NCBI RefSeq assembly: GCF_018977255.1
Contig: NW_024704743.1
Coordinates: 96,164,001-96,228,000, forward strand
DNA: 64,000 bases
Source of the DNA: Callorhinchus milii
Taxonomy: Eukaryota
Direction: 5' to 3'
Part shown: positions 13,701-25,700 of the stretch, one piece after another
Numbering within the stretch: position 1 is the stretch's first letter
How the letters are laid out: each line of letters opens with the position of its first letter
Notes under the pieces: model-generated
The model's database searches: none
Seen by the model: only the letters and a program-made list of their open reading frames with translations
Told to the model about the DNA's origin: nothing
Program-made: the position numbers and the translations under genes

Positions 13701-16700
13701 TTGGCTGAATCTAAGGAAGAATGAGGAATTTCGTCTTGGTTGTTAAGAAACCGTTGTAAAAAAAATTTCACTGGCTGAAAAGGGTGTAGAGTAGAGCCAG
13801 ACTGAATTGTGTCAATCATTCGTACATATCAAAGACATAAGAAATTTGTCAGTTTCTACTGAAGGTGACAGAAACCAGAATGGATTTATGCTTGACTTGC
13901 TTTTGTCCCTGTAGAATACATCATTCATTCATTCCAATCTCATTTTATGTAGTCTCGCTTACATCCAGCAGAGGAGACTTTAATCCCAGCAGTTTGGGCT
14001 GGATTCAAAGTCAGAGCCTCGATGTTGGAGATATTTACATCCTCATGACTTAGTTTAATTCATTAAATTAGAAATGTGTCTGAAAAGGATCAGCTATGAT
14101 AAATCCTAAATGTTCCTGCTGCTTTTTCCCCATTTCCTTTTCTAGATGTTTTCATATCTCTTGATGTCTGCCTCTACATTTGCCTTTATAATGATGTGGG
14201 AGATCAGTCACTATGTGCTGTTTGTACAAGCCATAAGTCTTTTCTTGGTGGATTGCCTGGATCTGGTTCAAACCCGTAAGGTATGGAAGAACTAACGTAT
14301 AATTCCTGCTGAGAGGTGTGGGGGGAGAGGGAGAGGTGGGTGCTGGAATGCAGCAACTGTACTGCAGGAATTATTTTATTAGTTAGTGGATGATCAGTCA
14401 AAGATCAGCCATTGAAAATTGACCTCTAGTCATTCGATAAATACAGTGGAAGCACTTTATCCAGACGCCAGTTAACCTCGGACGTCAGGTAAATTCGACA
14501 AAATGGCCGGCCCCGATTCATTTGTAATCTTGCCTGTTTTAAATATGACGGTTAATTCAGAAAAAATGTAGTTAATCCAGACAGAATGCCGCTCTGGTCG
14601 CCACTGCGTCAACTCACTGTGTGTCTGCTCGAGCAGCTCTGGGATGGAGATGGGAGAGTCAGATTGCGATTGATTTGATAGCTGGACCCGCATGTGAATG
14701 GGTGGAGTGCTCATCCATTCACAACCTGGTTCAGGCTGTCAGTCACCTCAGAGCTACTGCTAATTGGCCCCCTTCCCGTCCGACTGGAACAGCATCGCTC
14801 CTCTGCTGGGTGGAAAGAGGTAAGGAAACTTCGGTTAACCTCGGACAAAACAAGCAATCCCCGACGTGTCCAACTTAAGCAGCTTCCACTGTATTTGCAC
14901 AAGCATTTTTTTATAGAATGACTTCACTAACTCTCTTCTGATGCTACAGTTGAATTTGTGACCATTCACAGTTGCTTAGCAGTGCAGTAGCATTGAATTG
15001 ATTCCACTAGTACGGTTGTTCTTCCAAATTCCATTGCTTTAAAACTGCTCTGTAGGAGCCTGACAATGTGGGCTGGTAAATAAGTCTAACCTGTGAAGCT
15101 GGGTCTATGGGATTTCTCCACTGTTTTTTTTCCTGTTTTCTCTGAAATTGAGCATGCTAATATTTGCCACAAGTGTGTGGTCTGTGAGTGTGTGTCATAT
15201 GGTTCGGTGGTCTCGATGAGCAGTTGAACTTGTGTCTCACCACTCTGGTGTCATCTATATTCTCTATTACATCGGGTTACTGAAAATGTTGCATTTCTGC
15301 AGTCTCAAAGTTGGTTTTGTAAATGTCATACTCTCTTGCCAGTCAGATTCATACTGTATAATTAGGCTTGTGGTTTCTGATTTTAGTCAGTAAAATTTGG
15401 TATTCATCAGGTTTTTTCATTTTCTCCAAATTGAGGAAAATTAATTCCCCTCATTTTATTTTTGCTTTTTCTAAAAATCATTTTGAACTACAAAAATGAC
15501 TGTACATGTGCAGCAAGCAGGAAGCGATGTCCTGAGCCACATTACGGCTAGAAATTTGGCTATTTTTGTTGTTGCAAAACGGGTTGCAAAAAATCTGAAG
15601 ATTAAAGGTTTAAAAAAAAATGTTTTAAATGAACATCTAAAACCAGCAGCCCCCATGTGTAATGTCAGCACCTGAGCCATCAAATTCAATAGATGATTTT
15701 GTGGAAAGCGATATCTAACTTTCTTCAGTTGAACATTGACAAGGCAGAGTCTCTCCTGTTTGGCTCCCATCAACAGGCGCTGACAGCTTCAAACCACTTG
15801 GACATTCCACCTCACAGAGTCTGAGTGGAAGCTCATGTCTTGTTCAACTGTCCTTTAAACCTCACGTTTATGCTTTTCCACCTCCGTGATATTGCCGGCC
15901 TCCATCACTACATCTCAGGCCACCGAGACCCTAATCCACATGTTGATCATGTCCAGGCTAGATTACATCAACGCTCTGTTCACTGACTACTCACCTCTTC
16001 CTTTCTTAAAATGCAGATTATCTAGTCCTCTGCAGCTGATATCCATTCCTGCATGAGTTCCACAAGTTTATCACCTCACCTGGCTCAACAACAACAAAAT
16101 TACATTTATAGAGCGCCTTTCACGTCGGGAGGACGTCCCAAAGCGCTGGACAGTTGGGTCGGGATGGGGGCTGCTGGTTATAGACGTTCATTTAAAACTT
16201 TTTTTTGTAACCTTTAATCTTAAGATTTTTTGGTCGGGACCCGAGCATGGGGGAGGGGTGGTGTAGCAGTGAGGGAAGGAAAGAGAGGTGGGAAGGCGAC
16301 CGAAGGCACGATCGAAGAGAAGGGTCTTAAGACCGGCCTTGAAGGAGGCAAGGGAGGAGGCGAGGCGAAGGGACTGTGGGATGGAGTTTCAGAGTGTGGG
16401 GGGAGAGAGGCTGAAAGCCCGGCCACCAATGGTAGGGCGGGTCGGGCGGGAGACACGGAGCAGGCCGGAGCCCGCTGAACTGAGGGAGCGGGCAGGTTGG
16501 TAGGGAGTCAGCAGGTCAGAGAGCAGGGCATGGAGGCCTTGAAAGTGAGGACGAGGATATTGAATTCGATCCTCTGAGGGATGGGGAGCCAGTGGAGTCA
16601 GGCGAGGGTGGGAGTGATGGGGTCAGGGTGCCTGGTGCGTGAGAGTACACGAGCAGCAGAGTTTTGCAGGGAAGAGCAGCTTATGAAGGGAAGGGAAGAG

Positions 16701-19700
16701 TTGGGAAGGCCAATGAGGAGGCAGTTTCCGTAATCGAGTCTTGATGTGACAAATGTGTGTGTGAGCGTTTCAGCAGCCTGAGGGGTGAGGCAGTGGCGTC
16801 TGGCAATGTTGCGGAGGTGGTGGTAGGCAGTGCCGGTCATTGCGCGGATGTGGGGGAGAAAGGACAGTTCACTGGCTCCCCATACCCAAACGGATCGAAT
16901 TCAAGATCCTGGATCTAACCTTTAAATCCCTTGCCTCACCCTACTTCTACGACCTTCTCAAACCCTCTGGCAGCTCCCTCCCCTCAGCGGGCACTGGCCT
17001 GCTTCCCCAGCATCAGTGGCATGGCTCTCAGCTTATCTGCTCCCATTCTCTAGGACTTCATCTAGGAATCCTTTCAGAAGACTCACCCCTCCCTTGCCTC
17101 CTTCAAGGACCTTCTTCTTTGACCAAGCTTTCGGTCATCTTCTCCAGCCCTTGCCCTGACCCCCAGCTTGGATTCAAACCCTGAACTGTCCACTGCCTTG
17201 GGACACCCTCCCAACATGAAAGGCGTTATATAAATTTGTATTGTAATTGTGGTTGGGATGTCTTAACTTTTTGTTGCAAAATTGTAATCAGCGTGAGGCA
17301 GGTTAACATTTGAATAAAGCTATATTGTGCTCTCCAACAAAGGATGAAAGGTTAGGGTGATCCAATCTATCATTTCCAAATATCCGTCTACATTTTTAAT
17401 GCAAGTCTCGGTGGAATAAATTTCAAGTTACAGTGCAATCAATCTTTCAGCCATATTGGACTTTATTCATAAAGTTGTCTTTGGAAATCTTTGCAAAACC
17501 TATTACTAGAATCCTCAGAAGAGGGTACTTTTTATATGCTTGCTTAATTACTGTGGGAGCCCTGAGCGACGTGAGTTAGATTTGAGGTCATGGTTATAAT
17601 CAGAGAGCTTAATAAAAGGGTTTTAATGTACAGACTATCCTAGAAGATTTCACACTACATAATTGTAATTTAAAAAGAAATCCAAGATGTACAAAAGTGA
17701 CTTTGCTACCTATTTGAATAACAATAGAGAAATTCAGCGAATCCCCCAAATGTTCTTGATTCACACAAATCATTTCAGTGTAAAAATGTTTTGTTATTTT
17801 TGTGTGGGAATGCTAATGCCGTTGTAAAATAGTGAAGGATTGTCTTTTTATTTGCAGGTGACTGATGTATACAGGATGTATTTGGTGTGCCTTGGATTAG
17901 GATATTTTTTGCAGTTCAGAAATTCTGCTTTGCTGGCTTCCCCTTTGCTGAGCTTCCTAGGTGCCTCACAGCTTGCAAAGTACATTCAGGTGGCTGAACC
18001 AGACTTGGGTCCTTTTTTCAAAAAGTTTTGCCTTTTGCAATATAATACTAATACTTGCATTTGATATAGGGCCTGAGACAACTCAAAGCGCTTCACAGAA
18101 TGTATTGTAAAGTGGATTGACTGTGTATTTTGTGGGCGAAACACGGCAGCCAATTACGTACAGCAGTGCCCAACAAACATTGGTGGATTGAGTGCATTTA
18201 GGGAGGGATTATTACCCCTGGAAAATGATCCGTCAATTGGCTTACAACCAGGTTCCTACTTACTGCTAGGTAAAACAGAGGCATGTGGAATAAGAAAACT
18301 TACCTAACATTTCACTCTGCTCAGGAATCAAACCCAGGTCCTCTCGCTCGCGAGTTGAGTGCGTTAAATCACTGCTACAGGATTCCACTTTTCATTTGAG
18401 TTCAACAATAATGGATTCCATTTCACATCCTCCTTAGTTATCAAAAATATTCACGGCTACTATCAACTTTGTGAATTCATTTGACTGGAGCTTAATACTT
18501 GAACAAGGTCAGATTTTCTTTAATGAAATGGAAATTCTCTCCAATAAAATACAACTTTACAATTATATAGCGCCTTTCACATTGGGAGGACTTCCCAAAG
18601 AGTTTGATATTGTTGTGCGGGCACCCGAGCTGGGGATGAGAGCTGTGAGGAGTGGTCGGAGCTGGGGGGGTGTGGGTGGAGGGACTGATTGACGAGCCTT
18701 AATTCTAATTATTTTCTCTCTTGTTTTTGTTTGACAGCAAAATCTGAAAAATGGCCACTTTGTAGTAAGGCTGATGAAATTACTGCTTCATTTCTACTTG
18801 GTTTTCACAGTTGCATTGACTTTAAACCTTGTGATCAAGGTAAGTAGAAGTGCAGTACTGTATTGGAGAGAAACAGCAGCTTTCTATGGGCTTTAGATTT
18901 GTCACATGTTTTGCACTAGTTTATTGAAGATTGCCTCTTGCCCTGCTGGATATTGTAAAATAATACATCTGAACAACATGTCTAAACTGTTTTTTCCAGT
19001 TGATTATTTCATCAATTTTTTCTCAATCATTTTGATCAATTGAATGTATGCAGACGTGAAGAGACAGCTGCAGGGGAACATTGTTTTTAATACCCTTTAA
19101 TATAGCTGTGCCTCACTTATAAGGAGGTGGGTAAGAGACTCAGACATTTAGTAACATCAAAGCATGAAAATGTGATTATCATGGGAATACCGCTAGTAAG
19201 TTAGGTTTTGCAGGCAACACTGAGGGTACTAAACCAACCATTTACGAGATTTTGTAACTATTGTATAATTGACTTTGACTGCAAAGTTTAAATTTATCAT
19301 TTACATTTTGAATACTCAGAAAATGATCCCCGAAGAAGAAAATGAACACATTTTAAAGTTCTTTGAAGCAAAGTTTGACTTGAACACTACAAGGTAATGT
19401 TGAGCTTATTCCTGTCACAATACCAGTTAATCCTGGAGCACTTGTCTCTTCCTTTCATAAGATGCACATCCTCCTGATGTGAAAGGCGCTCTATCAAATG
19501 CAATGGTTATTTATTGTTTGAAATGTTTGTGCTAGGTATTGATGAAGCTTAGAGTCTTATTTTAATGTAGTATCAATAAACACTTGTGCTATATGTGTGT
19601 GCTTCATCTGCTTGTTAAGTGTATATGTTGCAGGGTGACCCATTTATGAAGCTAGAGGAAACTTGATGGATACCTGAAGGAGAAGGAAATAGAGGGACAT

Positions 19701-22700
19701 TAGGTGGGGGAGGCTTAGGTAGAGTACAAACACTGGCTAAGACTAGTTGAGCTAAATGGCCTGTTTCCATACTGTAATGTTTCTATGTAATTCAAATTTC
19801 TTTTAAGAACTACAGAAAACCGACTTCAAAGTTAAATCTGAATTCAACAAATTAACATAATTCAACAATTTATGCTCATAAATCTAGAGCAGAATCTCTT
19901 AACATATATTCACAGAAACATGAACAGAACACAAAATACTGCAGATGGTGGAATCTGAAACAAAAACAGAGAGAGCTGGGAAAACTCAGCAGGTCAAGCA
20001 GCATCTATGGAGAAAGGAAAGTGAGTTCTAACGAAGGGTCAGTTCAGTTCTTCGTCATCAGTTCTGACGAAGGTTCGTGGACCCGAAACGTTGACTCGTT
20101 TTCCTTTCTCCATAGATGCTGCCTGACCTGCTGAGTTTTTCCAGCTCTCTGTTTTTATTCACAGAAACAGTTCATTTTATCAATATATTATAATAATCCT
20201 TGCATTTGATTTAGCGCCTTATCACGTCTTTGAGACATCTCAAAGCGCCTCACAGAATATACTGTAAAGTGAATTGACTATTTTTGTGGACAAAACGTGA
20301 AAGATTGGGTAGCCGAGGATTTGAAATCAAGTCTAGTGCTAACCTACAGAGCTCCATGAAGTGACGTACTACAGTTGTACAGGGAAGTTTTCTGATTGTC
20401 TGCACGTTTTCTCCTTTCATTGACAGGGACTTCAATACAAACTTGCTGCTGTGTCAGGAAACCTTTCAGAGCCCATCGCAGGATTTCTTTATCCGTCTTA
20501 CGCACACCTGTCTTCTTCCCTTCTGTGTGACAGCACTGCTAATCTGCCTTTTCTCAACCTTCGAAGTAGTTTTCAAGAAATTCTGGTATGTATGGAGAAA
20601 TCCAGCTTAGGGACTCCGGGGTTAGGGGAAATAGACGGATTGATCTCTCCTGACATTTAAAGGAGTGCTCTGTGATTACACAACATGCTATTTTACTAGA
20701 ATATGAATAACATTGGGATCTGTTGTGCGCCATATGCAAACCATGTGTAAAACATGTCAGAGGAAATTACAGTAGGTGTCCTTAATTATACAGCCAATGA
20801 AAAGGAAATAAATTGTTTTTATTGGTTAATTGCATTATTCAGGGTATCTGTAATTCCCTTTGTGCAAGTGTTTGTTTGCACATGGATTCCACATAGTGTG
20901 ATATAGATAGACAGCAATGTTATTCAAACTGCAAACTCATAAGAGATGATTTCTATCTTTAGACCATTTTCTTGAAAGTAAACTTTTTTCAAAAAAATGA
21001 ATTCACATAATTTTCATAGGTTCTTTTTCCCTCTCCTCATCTAAATTCACTCCCCCATTTATTAACTGCTGGGATTGTCTGTAGAACACCCTTCATGCCA
21101 ATTTTAATTTCATTCTGCAATGCCCTTTGAAACATTTCTTTCACATAAATTTGAGCTGTTTTGAGAGAGTCAGAAGGGCATCATTGTAATGATATGGTGA
21201 GAGAGATTATCTCACTCACCGTCTCCACTTCGTTGCCTCTAACGGTTTCTCCTATAGCCCCCGCACTGTCAGATCTGGCCCTCTCCTCTTTAATATCTAC
21301 ATGCTCCCCCTTGGTGACATCATCCGCAGACATGGAGTCAACTTCTATATGTATGCGGATGACACCCAACTCTATCTTTCTGCCTCCACCCTCACTCCAG
21401 GACCACTGCTGTCCTGACAGACTGCCTGTCGGACATCAAATCCTGGATGAGGGCAAATTTCCTACAGTTGAATGTGAACAAGACTGAGGCTCTCCTGATT
21501 GACTCGCACCAGCGCCTCAGCACCTCAGTTCTCTGGTAACATCAACCTCCATAGTTGCACACTTCAACTCACCAAGCCAGGCAGGAACCTAGATGTCTTG
21601 TTCGACCCTCAACTGTCTTTTCTCCCCCACATTCAAGCCATGACCTGCGCTGCCATTGGCTCCCTATCCTTCAGAGGATCCAGTTCAAGATTCTGGTCCT
21701 CACATACAAAGCCCTCCATGGCCTCGCCCCACCCTACCCCTGTGACTTCCTAACCTCCTACCAACCCGCCCGTTCCCTCCGCTCAGCCGGCTCTGGCCTG
21801 CTCTACTTCCCCCGACCCACCCGCCCCACCATTGGGGGAGAGCCTTCAGCCACTCTGCTCCCAACCTCTGGAATTCCATCCCCCAATCACTCCGCCTCAC
21901 CCCCTCCTTAGCCTCCTTCAAGTCCCTCCTCAAGACCCTCCTCTTTGACCATGCCATCGGTCACCCCCACTTCCCCTCCCCTCCCTTACCCCCCCCCAAC
22001 CCCAGCTCGGGTCTGAAATTCTGTATACTGTCCAGCGCCTTGGGATATCCTCCCAACGTGAAAGGCGCTATACAAATGTAATCTTGTTGTTGTTGTTGAT
22101 GCACTTTGCCCAGGACAATGAATTATAGTAAAGGCAGTCACATTGTTCAGGAGAAATTTTAAGTTAACTAAAGACTTGCGTACTGGCATGACTTGCACAG
22201 GAAGCACCTCTAAAGTCACTTTGTGCCACAGATGGACAGATCCCCTTGATGAGTTAATTCTCGGTTGCCTTGTTCTCCTGCAGTAATGTGCCTCAAACGA
22301 GTGATGGTTCTCTGGAGAACACAATGATTGGGCAGAGGCCGGAGGTAGTTTACCACATGTTCCACACGGTGCTGTTTGGCTCGCTGGCACTGATGTTCCA
22401 GGGGTGAGTACAATCACTGAGGTTTCACAATGCTTTGTCTCTTTTGCTGAGAAACCAAGATAAAGAGCCAAGGCCTGTGGTCCAGGACACTAGATGTCCA
22501 ACGCTAAAAGGAGCAATAGTAAAAATGAGAAGTTTGTGCATTATTATTATTGTGTGAAACGCTTTGAGACGTGTCAAAGACATGCTAAGGCGCTGTATCA
22601 AATGCAAGGATTATTATTATTATCAACAGCTTGTGAATTGCATGAGGACAGAATGACTAAAGGTTAGGAATCCTGGGGGCAGAAAACATTAGAGAATGAG

Positions 22701-25700
22701 ACATTGAGATGAAGTTTGATTTATAACATCGTGAGAAAGCTGGGAGGGAACTCTAGAGGGGACAGCATATTTAGACCTTGATAGAAACACGCAAAGAAAG
22801 CTCAGGAGAGTATTGACCATAACAGATAGAAAAGGTTTAGGCAGACTGAGATAGGATGGCGACAGATGAGAGTGAAGGGTTGCCTATTAAACAGCAAACC
22901 TTTTCATGTACCTTGCCTTGAGGTGAGGCAGACGTGCTCGAAGAGCCTGTCCAGCTATGGGATCACTGTTCCAGTGTTGAAGGGGTGGGGTGGGGGGGGG
23001 GGTCGGTGGGAATGTTGGCCATGAAAGAGGAAGGAGCTGCTTTGACAACAGAGGAGATGTGATAATCCGCTTTGAGTTTGCAGGAGATAGTGAGGCCACG
23101 ACTTGTAATCGAAGAAGGAAGATTAGAGCTGAACCGTCAGAGGCGAGAGATGTGTGAGAGATTTATAAACTGTGTCTTTGAGGCATTGAGAGAAATAGAG
23201 GATCATTACCGATTAAAGATCTGAGTCCTTCCGTCAATCCTTAAGTCTTGCCCCCTCTTTGCCCGTCTTAATATCACACCTGAAGTGTTTCCTTTTTGGC
23301 TGTGCCTTCGGTCACGTCCATCCCTCCCCTTCCAGCTCAAAGTCAAACCACACCAATGTTAAGCACTCCGAGACCCTCCCTGAGTGAAGGGCCCTATATA
23401 AATGCAAGTTGTTGTTGTTGACATTTCTCACAGTCTTAGCTTTAAAATCATTGAATTCAGATTGAAGTGCAAAATTCCAGAAGTCTTAAAATTCAGTTTC
23501 AATTTGGCAGCTGGTTTTCTGATGAGGAATGTTAAGCAGTAAAGAAGAAAGAGCTCCACGGAGGCTGATTTGAATTCAGAAGAGATTTGATGATAATATG
23601 ATATTAACATATTATAATAATCCCACTTGAGATGAGAGGAGATAGTGAGGCCAAGTTCTTTTTGATGTTAGAAGAGAGATTAAAATTCAGAGGTGAGAGA
23701 TGGTGGCTGTTGTGAGCAATTAATAGAAAAAATGAACATTAGGCCTTTGAGTGATTGCTTTGCCCGTTTCACCTTATTTCTGCACCGTTCGCGAGGACAG
23801 CCGAGGTGTTAATAATATGTGCCAGTAAAATTCAGTGACTTACTTAATGATTTATAGATAATACACATCTTTGTTATGTGGAGTGGGAATGAACTCCTGT
23901 TTTATTAAACTAGTTTTATGTGTAATACAAATAGTGGTTTCTATGGTAAGGAATGGCTGCCTTCTGCTGGTGTTGCTTTATTCTTGTGAGATCTTTGGGT
24001 TAAAGTTTCTTAGGAGGCAGTTATTCCCCATTAATGGTCACAGTGCATGAAAGGGACCGTGTATATTAACATTTCCATTTTCTTTTTCTTTTGTGCAGTA
24101 GTTTTTAGACTGCAAAAACATACATACAAATTAAGTTGGTAACTTGTGTTGCGAAAGGAAAGTGAAGTGGTTCTGCAAACGGCCAGCAGGTGGCACTGTT
24201 TACCTTCCTTTACAATAATAATCCTTGCATTCGATTTAACGCTTTTCACGTCAGAAGGACATCTAAAGCACTTCACAGGATTTACTGTAATATGTAGTGA
24301 CTGTATTTTGTTGATTGAACTGTTCTGAATAATGTCCTGCCCTGTAACACCTGTTACTGCACATTGTGTCCTTCCCAGGTTGAAGTATTTGTGGACACCT
24401 TACGCCTGTATGTTCACTGCCTTTGGTGTTTGTGCTCCTCAGCTCTGGTTGACTGTGTTTAAGTGGTTCCGGCTGAAAACAATACCTCCAGTGTTTCTGG
24501 TGAGTTCAGCCTGTTTCTCTTTGATTCTTATCAAATTAAGCCTTTTTAGTTATAAATTGCTGCTGTTTTACTTATAGTTTCAGCAATAATAATGTTGCAG
24601 TGACTTTTTTTCCTGAATTTCTTAAACTGAGTGTCAAAAGCACACAAAATAAACATTTGGATATAGTATGCCTCTGTTTGAACTTGTATTTTTATGGCAA
24701 ATTTGTGTTCTGATCAAGGGCATAGCAGCTGTTGCTGAGGATGGAACCCTGACTTGCCAATTCGTGGAAATAGCCTCTCTTTATTTGGAGCTTGTACACT
24801 TTCTATTTCTTGTAACAGCTCTTGTGATGTTCACAGTAAGGTTGTCAGTGCCCCAGTGAAGCCAGATTCGATCCTCTTGCTATTGGTGCTTGTCCACTTT
24901 GCTCAGTTGTCTTAAGAAGTAAGACAATGTTCCTATGCCCGCGTTCACCTTGGTGAGTGTCAAATCTTCCCTAAATAACGTAGGGGAGAAGGTGTTAGGG
25001 AGGGACAAACATTATTTGTTGCGCTTCCACCTATTGAGGCTGGATTGTCGATTCATTGCGAAATAGCCTTGCAGCTAGCTAGGCACTTGTAAAATTTGCT
25101 TTGCATTCATATAATTTACTTAACTTTTATTGCAGTTGATAAAACTTAAGTGCTCCGAGATGCTACCTCATGTGAAGGGCGCGATACACATGCAAATTGT
25201 TGCTGTTGCAAAGTGGGCACAATTTACTCTTTCTGCAATATTAGAAAATTTTACTGTATTTTTATTCTAAAGGATTTAAGCGCTTCAAGACAATTATCCT
25301 TCATGGAAGGCTTATATAAGTTCAAGTTGTTAAAACTAGGGCATAATATACAATATAATAATTACTACAAATGAGATTTGAGTCTTGATCGTTGGTTAAT
25401 TATACATCAGTCTGTAACTGAAATAGCTGTATGCTTTGCAAGTAATTATACAATACCCCTTTCGAGTCTCTCGTGGCTTTGTTTCTGCCAACCTGTCCCT
25501 GTGTTCTCCACACCCACCTCTTATTCCCCTCCCTCCCAGAATTGCCAAACAAACTCTGCTGCTGTGAGTTCCAGCATCTGGGCTGTAAAGTGTTAACCAC
25601 AGCAAGAGATTTCTGTGCACTCCAGCCTCTTGTCTGACTGAGAGATAGTAATTATCCATTGAACAATATGCAATATACCTGAAGCAAGAAGCTGTTTGTT

